From Calditrichota bacterium (GTDB taxonomy: Bacteria; Zhuqueibacterota; Zhuqueibacteria; Residuimicrobiales; Krinioviventaceae), in the NCBI GenBank assembly GCA_013152225.1, contig JAADGR010000204.1:1-42792 (forward strand): DNA of 42,792 bases, given 5' to 3'. The translations under genes were made by a program, and so were the position numbers. Of the stretch, positions 26,229 through 32,472 are shown one piece after another. The notes under the pieces are model-generated. The model did not search any database and was not told the DNA's origin. It saw only the letters and a list, made by a program, of their open reading frames with translations. How positions within the stretch are numbered: position 1 is the stretch's first letter; every line of letters begins with the position of its first letter.

Positions 26229-26237
26229 GTTTTCAGC

Positions 26238-26305
26238 GGGCCCGTCTTGGTAGGAATGCGGGCCTTGAAACCCGCGGTCGAGGGTTCGAATCCCTCACGG
26301 GCTCC
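26238..26305 (+). tRNA. tRNA-like element E2 with reduced D arm and 8-nt anticodon loop CCTTGAAA (non-canonical, 68 nt)
   Basis: Hand fold: acceptor GGGCCCG/CGGGCTC (one G-U); mini D arm TCT-TGGT-AGG; anticodon stem GCGGG/CCCGC, identical to E1; T arm GAGGG-TTCGAAT-CCCTC. Confidence 0.4.
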
Positions 26306-26318
26306 AAAGGCCGGCCTA

Positions 26319-26378
26319 CCCGGGCGGAGATTTTCGGGGCAACCCCTTTGAATCCGCCGCCCGGGGCCCCGGAAGGGG
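26319..26378 (+). other. GC-rich nested hairpin structure between E2 and E3
   Basis: CCCGGG-CGGA...TCCG-(CCG)-CCCGGG encloses GGGG-CAA-CCCC. A second hairpin, CCCC-GGAA-GGGG, follows. No U-tract follows, so it is not a classical terminator. Confidence 0.4.
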
Positions 26379-26433
26379 TTCAAAAAGGGATTGAAAGAGG
26401 GTTGCCAGCGCCGACGGCTGAGACGGTCGATAT

Positions 26434-26508
26434 TGCGGGGTGGAGCAGTCTGGTAGCTCATCGGGCTCATGACCCGAAGGTCGCAGGTTCGAATCCGGGA
26501 GGGGGAAC
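26434..26508 (+). tRNA. initiator tRNA-Met(CAT)-like element E3; 3' T-stem/acceptor strands do not pair (probable chimeric or pseudo-tRNA)
   Basis: The 5' part (D arm, anticodon arm, variable region, 5' T-stem strand and T loop) resembles bacterial tRNA-fMet. It has D arm GAGC-AGTCTGGTA-GCTC and anticodon arm TCGGG-CTCATGA-CCCGA with 3 G-C pairs. The 3' end CCGGGAGGGGGAAC is not complementary to GCAGG or TGCGGGG. Confidence 0.5.
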
Positions 26509-26521
26509 TAAAGGAGGAGTA

Positions 26522-27166
26522 ATGAAAGCTCGCGTTTGCAAATATTGGGATTCTTCGCAAATCCAGCAATGGTTCGGGGTTTCCCGAGCCACTGCATATC
26601 GGGGGAAAAAGCGGGGCTGGATTCGACTCGGATATCATCATCGAGTTGTGATCCCGGCCCCAAATAACCCCGATATTCCTATCGAAATGATTATTATCCC
26701 CGCAATCGCCGCCGTGAAACGGCTGGCGAATTTGTGGGGATGGAAGATAGATGGATGGTTCTGGGACGCAATTCAGGAGGCATGTCTTCGCCTTCTGGAG
26801 CTCTCTGGCCATCCGGATTTTGGAAATTTTACTTTCCGATGGATCGCGGCAAGGAATGCCGCGAGTAACTTTCTCCGGATGAACATTCGGATGGTATCCG
26901 AACTTCCGGAGAATCTGGCATGGAAGCCTGCAGAAGGAAATGAGGAACTATTTGAAAAAATTTTTGCATCTCTGACGGAGAGAGAGGCGCAAATTCTGGA
27001 TAGATATTTGTCCGGCTATAGAAGGGATCTGCCGGACAAACTGGTAACGAAAATAAAAAGAACCATGTTCGGGGAAACTACCTCCGCTGGTACCGCAGTA
27101 AGTCCCCACTGCGGGTCGGGTTCGAATCCCGAACGTTCGCCGGCGTCCTCGCCAGGCGCTGGATGA
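26522..27166 (+). CDS. ECF-like sigma-70 family factor with N-terminal HTH
   Basis: AAAGGAGGAG precedes the ATG at 26522. A region-2-like segment reads DAIQEACLRLLE...FTFRWIAARNAASNFLR, and a region-4-like segment reads LTEREAQILDRYLSGY...KLVTKIKRTM. I prefer this start to the ORF-track start at 26348, which runs through the tRNA-like DNA. Confidence 0.55.
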   Translation: MKARVCKYWDSSQIQQWFGVSRATAYRGKKRGWIRLGYHHRVVIPAPNNPDIPIEMIIIPAIAAVKRLANLWGWKIDGWFWDAIQEACLRLLELSGHPDFGNFTFRWIAARNAASNFLRMNIRMVSELPENLAWKPAEGNEELFEKIFASLTEREAQILDRYLSGYRRDLPDKLVTKIKRTMFGETTSAGTAVSPHCGSGSNPERSPASSPGAG

Positions 27167-27349
27167 ACGGGAGCGGGGGATGGTTAATCAAAAAAAGGAG
27201 GTGCGGCGACCGTCATCGTAAAGCTGGTTTGCCAGACGTGCGGGGAAACTTTCGATTTTGATCCCCACGACTACTCAATCAAAGGGCTTCAGAGCATTCC
27301 GAAGTCCTGCCCTGCCTGCTGCGACAAGCGGCAGGGGCTGGAAAAGATT

Positions 27350-27895
27350 GTGCTGAGCAGGAAATGTCTCCAAGAATGGGACGGAGTAAAGCTCACCATC
27401 TGGCCATGGTATTTCGAAGAAAAGGTTTCGGGGCTATATTACATCCACGGCTGGGGTGGGCGCAAATACGGAGTCTGGGGCGGTGCCCGGCATATGGGGA
27501 AAACTTTGATCTTCATTCACAAGGAAGTACTCGAAAAATTCAAAAAAGACAAGGAAGTCGTAGTGAAAATCCGGAAAATGAAAAAAACGATTTCCAAAGA
27601 AGGCATTAACGGACAGCAGATTACTGACGATTCCGAGTATCTCGTTTTCGATCCAACCGATGCCACTCCAAAGTTTTATCTTTATGAAGTTCGATCCTGG
27701 CACAAGACCACTTTGAAAGGGTTCGGCCGGGATCGGAATTACGAGGAACAAGTAAAACCCGTGGAAAGTGATATCGCCTACACAGTTACGATCGCTCATC
27801 ACAGCAGCCACGCTAACAGCATGCGGTTCGGGAATGAATACAAACTCATTATTGCCGACCGTGAGTGCGAAATTGTTGGCAAAGGTACGCCTTAA
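27350..27895 (+). CDS. hypothetical protein; the reading frame is open from 27188 and encodes a CxxC...CxxC Zn ribbon upstream of the listed GTG start
   Basis: The same frame upstream of 27350 translates to VIVKLVCQTCGETFDFDPHDYSIKGLQSIPKSCPACCDKRQGLEKI. There is no in-frame ATG, GTG or TTG between 27188 and 27350. The true start is unresolved (see findings). Confidence 0.5.
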   Translation: MLSRKCLQEWDGVKLTIWPWYFEEKVSGLYYIHGWGGRKYGVWGGARHMGKTLIFIHKEVLEKFKKDKEVVVKIRKMKKTISKEGINGQQITDDSEYLVFDPTDATPKFYLYEVRSWHKTTLKGFGRDRNYEEQVKPVESDIAYTVTIAHHSSHANSMRFGNEYKLIIADRECEIVGKGTP

Positions 27896-27971
27896 TCGAA
27901 AAACGCGGCGGCCACGGCCGGAGACGAGTAAAGCCGCCCCGCGTGGCGCAAGGCGGCGAATGGAGGTTGAA

Positions 27972-28157
27972 ATGTCGTTCCTAAAGTTGTTTTTCGCCAT
28001 AGTAGCGGCCATTGTGGCCGCTGTTGTAGTTACCATCGCAATATTTGGGGCAGCATATTTAACTGCCCAAAAATTCTTCGGGATTGTAGCCGGAGGCATA
28101 ATTATTTGCTTGGCGGCGATTGGCATATTCGCCAAGCACATTCACGACCATGCCTGA
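27972..28157 (+). CDS. small two-transmembrane-helix protein (61 aa)
   Basis: GGAGG lies 5 nt before the ATG at 27972. The sequence MSFLKLFFAIVAAIVAAVVVTIAIFGAAYLTAQKFFGIVAGGIIICLAAIGIFAKHIHDHA has two hydrophobic helices. It is the last gene before the terminator. Confidence 0.6.
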   Translation: MSFLKLFFAIVAAIVAAVVVTIAIFGAAYLTAQKFFGIVAGGIIICLAAIGIFAKHIHDHA

Positions 28158-28186
28158 AATACCCCTACCACCGTTTCTCTCCCCCC

Positions 28187-28218
28187 AGCCCCGCCACCGC
28201 GCGGGGCTTTTTATTTTT
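28187..28218 (+). terminator. intrinsic terminator ending the plus-strand island
   Basis: The stem is AGCCCCGC / GCGGGGCT (8 bp) with loop CACCGC, followed by TTTTATTTTT. On the minus strand the hairpin has no U-tract. Confidence 0.7.
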
Positions 28219-28444
28219 AAATGCTCCAGAATATTTTTCCGTTAACAATCTTGTAATAGATAGAACCTTTACCGCCACACAAACCACAAGGTGCTTTTAG
28301 CTCATGATTTATTCCAAGATAGTCAGTGTATTCGAATTCGACATTCCCTTCACCATTGCAAAATTCACATTTTTTCGCATAGAATTCATCCCTGTTTTCG
28401 CACATACATCGCTTACTGTCATTTTCACAGATGGGACATGTCAT
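28217..28444 (-). CDS. DnaJ-type zinc-finger protein (75 aa)
   Basis: It has two CxxCxGxG repeats (CEFCNGEG, CGLCGGKG). I moved the start to the ATG at 28444, which is preceded by GGGAGAA. The longer ORF-track version overlaps the upstream gene by about 180 nt. Confidence 0.6.
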   Translation of the reverse strand: MTCPICENDSKRCMCENRDEFYAKKCEFCNGEGNVEFEYTDYLGINHELKAPCGLCGGKGSIYYKIVNGKIFWSI

Positions 28445-28712
28445 GTTTGTTCTCCCGATTTTTGATGAAACGATTATAGCATCTTTTGCACATTCCCCGG
28501 ACTTCCACGAGCTTTCCACATGCGCATTTCTCGCCATAATATTTTTTTCTGCTTTTGGGCAAGCTAACTTTCCCACGTACCAGTCCGAGATAATCGGCAT
28601 CAAACTTCATTTCTCGCAGACACGTCATACACCGCCAACCAAGCGGTGACCAATATCCTGGAGCAATATCACCGCAACGATAGCACTCGTGTCGAACTCT
28701 TGGCGGTTTCAT
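28425..28712 (-). CDS. Cys-rich zinc-binding protein (95 aa)
   Basis: It has multiple CxxC pairs (CYRCG, CMTC, CACG, CKRC). It has a 4-nt overlap with the upstream RuvC-like gene. Confidence 0.6.
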   Translation of the reverse strand: MKPPRVRHECYRCGDIAPGYWSPLGWRCMTCLREMKFDADYLGLVRGKVSLPKSRKKYYGEKCACGKLVEVRGMCKRCYNRFIKNRENKHDMSHL

Positions 28713-29173
28713 TTTTTCCTCCGTGCATAATACATTCCCAGGAGAACCGCGTCTCGCTCATCTGGTGTGAAATTGTTCCTGCGAATAATGCTTTCTGCGA
28801 TAGAATTCAGTAGCGCATTCGCTTCTTTTGATTTTGCCGGGAATTTTGTTTTTGCAAGGTAACTACGTTTCCAATGTGCTGGCATGATCTGCTGTAACTC
28901 GATGTCCTGTTCATTGCAGAATTCTTCAATTCGGCCGATGATTTGCGCAAACTGCCGGAAAACTTCCGGATTCGCCTTTTTATAGGGCCGCTCAGTCACG
29001 ATCGTTTCAATGTATCGGTAGTTGTATTTGTGGGCGTCGCGGATGAAGGCAAAGATTTCGTCAAGACCAGATGCGCCTTTTTTTTCTGTCGAACCCACAA
29101 ATACCAGCGTGTCCCCGGCAATGCCAGCATAGGCGATCGCTTTTTTCAGACCGATGTCAAGAGAAATGATCAT
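28709..29173 (-). CDS. RuvC-like Holliday junction resolvase
   Basis: It has MIISLDIG (catalytic Asp), TIVTERPY (Glu) and a C-terminal DERDAVLLG. This pattern and the 154-aa size match phage RuvC-fold resolvases. Confidence 0.6.
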   Translation of the reverse strand: MIISLDIGLKKAIAYAGIAGDTLVFVGSTEKKGASGLDEIFAFIRDAHKYNYRYIETIVTERPYKKANPEVFRQFAQIIGRIEEFCNEQDIELQQIMPAHWKRSYLAKTKFPAKSKEANALLNSIAESIIRRNNFTPDERDAVLLGMYYARRKK

Positions 29174-30144
29174 GGCGGTTCTCCTTTCAGTTTTTCCGTG
29201 AGTATTTCATTTCTGAGCCGGATAAAAACATCCATGAACGCCGGCTCTTCCATGGCATCTTCAAAATTGCCGATCTTTTTGTAAATTTCGTAAATGATGG
29301 GGCTGGCTCTTTTCATGCGGGTGAGTGCAATATCTCTTATTTCTGTCTGCTCCGTATCTGGCATGAGTGACCACATCTCTTCAAGTTGCTTTCGTCTTTC
29401 GATTTCTTTTTTCTTTTTCTTTGTGTCTATGAGATCCTTAGGTAGCTTGTAATCCGATTCAACTGCCTTCCTAAGCCATCCGCCTGGATTTTTGATTTCA
29501 TAACCGTTTGCTAAGAGAAATTTTAGATGCTCGATTTGTTCTTTGACTTTCGTTTCTCCGAACGTCTGGAGTAATCTCCGTGTTTGCTTTTCGGTCATTA
29601 AAGAATTTAAAAAAGAAACAACACCAGTAACAGCAACAGCAACAGTTTCATTTTCTTCGCTGCAATCACGTGATTGCACAGTTTGAGCATTCCATGCCTC
29701 TGTTACTGTATCTGTATCTGTTGTTGTATCTGTATCTGTATCTGTATCTGTATCTGTATCTGTATCTGCTGGGCCGGAACTGTGCTTGCATTTCTTGTTG
29801 GAAGTATTAGCACTGTTCATGCACGGTGCAGGTATTGTGCTCGCAGGTTCTCTGATATGCGGGTTTTGATGCTTGGTGAAATTTGATATCTGAATATAAT
29901 GATTTTCATCGACTTGATATCGAATTATAAATCCTTTTTTATAAAGCATTTCTAAAAATTCATCCACATCGCAATCATCATAAGGAAGGATCGCCGCTTT
30001 AATACGCCTTGGTCTGTCCTCTAAACGGCCTTCACGGTCAGCGATTGTCCACAGACCGATAAAAAGAAGCCGGCAAAGCGGTGGTAGCTCTGCCAGCTCA
30101 TCGTTAAGAAAAAATCCCGGGCTAATCAGTCTTTTGCGTGCCAT
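29170..30144 (-). CDS. replication initiator / replisome-organizer-like protein with internal (Thr-Asp)n linker
   Basis: The N-terminus reads ISPGFFLNDELAELPPLCRLLFIGLWTIADREGRLEDRPRRIKAAI...ISNFTKHQNPH, a winged-helix-like segment common in phage replication modules (recalled, not searched). The central stretch is DTDTDTDTDTDTDTTTDTDT. Function is tentative. Confidence 0.45.
   Translation of the reverse strand: MARKRLISPGFFLNDELAELPPLCRLLFIGLWTIADREGRLEDRPRRIKAAILPYDDCDVDEFLEMLYKKGFIIRYQVDENHYIQISNFTKHQNPHIREPASTIPAPCMNSANTSNKKCKHSSGPADTDTDTDTDTDTDTTTDTDTVTEAWNAQTVQSRDCSEENETVAVAVTGVVSFLNSLMTEKQTRRLLQTFGETKVKEQIEHLKFLLANGYEIKNPGGWLRKAVESDYKLPKDLIDTKKKKKEIERRKQLEEMWSLMPDTEQTEIRDIALTRMKRASPIIYEIYKKIGNFEDAMEEPAFMDVFIRLRNEILTEKLKGEPP
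29702..29767. repeat. hexanucleotide microsatellite: 11 units, 7 of them perfect GTATCT (29726-29767)
   Basis: Direct reading gives GTTACT GTATCT GTATCT GTTGTT followed by (GTATCT)x7. It is in frame and encodes the (TD)n tract on the minus strand. Confidence 0.9.
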
Positions 30145-30156
30145 ATCTCTCCCTGA

Positions 30157-31854
30157 CTATTTCTCCAGGTGAAATGTATCAAATTTTTCTGTGTCTTCAA
30201 ATGATTTATTTTGGGATCTGAAAATGAGGATAGTGTCGTACTGGCCCTGGATGCTGAAAATAGCCGCGGATACTTTGACATTTAGCGGCTCTACGAAGAG
30301 TTCAGCATTATCCAGGACCAGCAGACGTAAGTTAGAGAGGCTGGATATGGCGTGCTGCACCGCCAGAGCAATCACATGTTGCTCCGCAGTGCTGTATTGT
30401 AGGTGGGGCTTATCATTTACGAGAATTTCAAAAGTTTCTTTGCCATTTTCCTGAGTTTTAAACGTGATTTTTCCAATACCGGCAGCGTCGGAGACTTCAT
30501 TTGCCTTCTCTTCCATTTTTTTGATCACATCGCGTAGGATTTCCGCTTTGATCCCTTTTTCTCCGTAAGCTTTCTCTAAGCCGTCCCATAACTGCACTTC
30601 TTCGTTCTTCTCAGCGATCTGTTGTTCCAATTCCTTCTTCCGCTCGATTGCATTGGCTTTATCTTTCAATTCCTGAATGTAATTTTTTCCTCGCTGGATC
30701 CTGAATTCCAGCTCCTGGATCTTTTTGTTCAGTTCAGGATCTTCCCATCGCAAATCTCCGCGCTGTTTCATGAGTTCGTTCAGTTCCTGGCCGGCCTTTT
30801 TGATCTTTTTGTCGAGTTTGCTCATTGATTTTTTGATATCATCGTACATTTTCTGTGTTTCTTGAAGGGCAAACTCTTCTGCTTCTATGAGCTTCTGAAT
30901 ATCTTCGCCTGACATCGGACAGTCGATTTTGTCTGACAGCACGCACTTTTTGCCCAGTTTCTTGATTTTTTCGATCATATCCTGATGATTCGCAATATGA
31001 CTTTCGGCTTTCGCAAGGGACGCAGCTACTTCGCTTCGCTGTTTGAAGAGCTCTTCTCGCTCTTTGGTTTTTTTGTCGATCTTTTTATTGAGCTCCTCCA
31101 TCAGCTCAACCTTTTTCTGCCCTTTCTGCTCAAGCGCCTCTTTAAGCTCGGATTCCAGCTGAGATAAGAGAGCCTCTGCCTTGGGCAATAGATTTTTAGC
31201 TTCCGGATCCACTTCCAGATAGCGGTCGATTTCGGCTGACAATTTGTTTAATTCGCGTTTTATTAGTCTCCGCATATCGGTGGCCAATTTGCGGATGTAC
31301 TGCTCCTGATCCAGCTTAAAGAATTTGTCTTCTTTTTTCAGTTTCTTTATGAAGCCAGACCAGTCTTTCCCTTCGAATTTGTTATTGAGCCATTGTATTA
31401 ACTTTTCCTCTGTGATCTCGATGTCTAAAACGTCAAAGACAATTTGCTTCCTTTCATCCGGCTTCATCTGAAGAAATTTCCCGGAATCAATAACCGCACG
31501 GATAACTTTTTCGTTCGTTCCCAGCATTTCTATCAGACGTTGTTGTTTGCTGGTGTTGTTGCCGTCGAATTCACCGCCTTTGACAAATACTTTCAGCTTG
31601 GTAGGCGTGGAAGAATTGTATTCCTGCCTTTCCACAGCGAAATCTGGCGTAACCAGGGCCACCCAGCAGCTTTTTTCGCCATACTTAACCGGATGGCGTC
31701 CAATATCGCCGGTTAATGCGTAAAGGATCGCCTCTCGAATCGCACTTTTACCGGAGCCGTTCGGGCCAGTGATGATATTGATCTTCTTCTTAAAATCCAG
31801 CTCCAGACTCTCGTGGCAGATAAAATTCTTAAGCTTAATTGAATAAATTTGCAT
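30157..31854 (-). CDS. SMC/SbcC/Rad50-like ATPase
   Basis: It has the Walker A motif ITGPNGSGKS, a long central coiled coil, and a C-terminal signature-like STAEQHVIAL plus Walker B LRLLVLDNAE. I moved the start to the ATG at 31854 (GGGAGGAG SD), which removes the overlap with the upstream gene. Confidence 0.65.
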   Translation of the reverse strand: MQIYSIKLKNFICHESLELDFKKKINIITGPNGSGKSAIREAILYALTGDIGRHPVKYGEKSCWVALVTPDFAVERQEYNSSTPTKLKVFVKGGEFDGNNTSKQQRLIEMLGTNEKVIRAVIDSGKFLQMKPDERKQIVFDVLDIEITEEKLIQWLNNKFEGKDWSGFIKKLKKEDKFFKLDQEQYIRKLATDMRRLIKRELNKLSAEIDRYLEVDPEAKNLLPKAEALLSQLESELKEALEQKGQKKVELMEELNKKIDKKTKEREELFKQRSEVAASLAKAESHIANHQDMIEKIKKLGKKCVLSDKIDCPMSGEDIQKLIEAEEFALQETQKMYDDIKKSMSKLDKKIKKAGQELNELMKQRGDLRWEDPELNKKIQELEFRIQRGKNYIQELKDKANAIERKKELEQQIAEKNEEVQLWDGLEKAYGEKGIKAEILRDVIKKMEEKANEVSDAAGIGKITFKTQENGKETFEILVNDKPHLQYSTAEQHVIALAVQHAISSLSNLRLLVLDNAELFVEPLNVKVSAAIFSIQGQYDTILIFRSQNKSFEDTEKFDTFHLEK

Positions 31855-31891
31855 AGCTCCTCCCGTTAAATTTAGAGTGAATATGTATTCA

Positions 31892-32470
31892 TTATATTTT
31901 CTGGGCACAAATAAACCAGCATTGACCCTTTAAACGATCACGAATAAAGCGAATAATAGGCCTAATGCCGATGTGTTCTTTGTTCAATTGGTAAACGCGA
32001 ATCCTTTCGATCTCTATTTTTTGAAAACCTGCGTCCAGAAGCAAAAAAATGAGATCGTCTTCATCATATTCAGCGAAATGATGTTTCCCTTTGCCCATCC
32101 ACCAGCGTACTGGCGTTGTCAAATAGAATGTGCCGCCAGCATCCAGATGGTCGTAGACTTCGTGAACGAAAAGCAACGGATTCTGAAGATGCTCGATAAC
32201 TTCAAAAGCCGTAATTGTCCGATAATTGGGGATCATCTCTGGCCAGGTCCAGTTCAAATCCCAGTCTGTGTTCTGCTTTATGCCCAGTTTTCTGGCCAGT
32301 ACATTCGGTGGGCCACAATCTAAGGCAGGGTATATGATTCCACCATAATGATAAACTTTTTCAATCGTGCTTTTATACCTAACACTATTCAACTTTTCAT
32401 ATCTATCGCTGTCAACATCTTCACCAACATCGATGTATCTGGTCAAATAATCTGACAATTTTTTTGTCAT
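31892..32470 (-). CDS. class I SAM-methyltransferase-fold protein with degenerate motif I
   Basis: ITAFEVIEHLQNPLLFVHEVYDHLDAGGTFYLTTP matches Methyltransf_11/23-type motifs. The expected GxGxG motif reads LDCGPPN. Confidence 0.5.
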   Translation of the reverse strand: MTKKLSDYLTRYIDVGEDVDSDRYEKLNSVRYKSTIEKVYHYGGIIYPALDCGPPNVLARKLGIKQNTDWDLNWTWPEMIPNYRTITAFEVIEHLQNPLLFVHEVYDHLDAGGTFYLTTPVRWWMGKGKHHFAEYDEDDLIFLLLDAGFQKIEIERIRVYQLNKEHIGIRPIIRFIRDRLKGQCWFICAQKI

Positions 32471-32472
32471 TG

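Noticed and set aside
26690-26702. CCCCGCAA, about 190 nt downstream of E3, which would complement the tRNA-fMet-like 5' acceptor strand (suggesting a split or intron-containing tRNA).
   Set aside because: The preceding bases do not restore the T stem (TTATC instead of CCTGC). The site lies inside the sigma-like coding sequence. A single 7-mer match is weak evidence.
26225-26812. A 195-aa minus-strand ORF across the tRNA-like region.
   Set aside because: It contains peptide strings typical of antisense tRNA translations (SRIRTCDLRV, GFEPSTAGF). It overlaps the SD-led sigma-like ORF on the other strand.
26238-27196. The idea that the 8-nt-loop element E2 acts as a quadruplet-decoding suppressor for the +1 shift needed at the A7 site.
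   Set aside because: Joining the 27163 frame to the Zn-ribbon frame would need a four-base read of AUCA or AAAA. The E2 loop (CCUUGAAA) would pair with UCAA or UUCA at best, so the sequences do not support the link.
27434-28141. A 235-aa minus-strand ORF antisense to the plus-strand island genes.
   Set aside because: It has no SD and overlaps two plus-strand genes that have SDs plus a promoter and terminator frame. Its composition is dominated by Ala/Val from antisense GC-rich codons.
29702-29767. Tandem repeats as a possible CRISPR array.
   Set aside because: The units are contiguous 6-nt repeats with no spacers, inside a coding frame. No CRISPR-like repeat-spacer structure occurs anywhere in the window.
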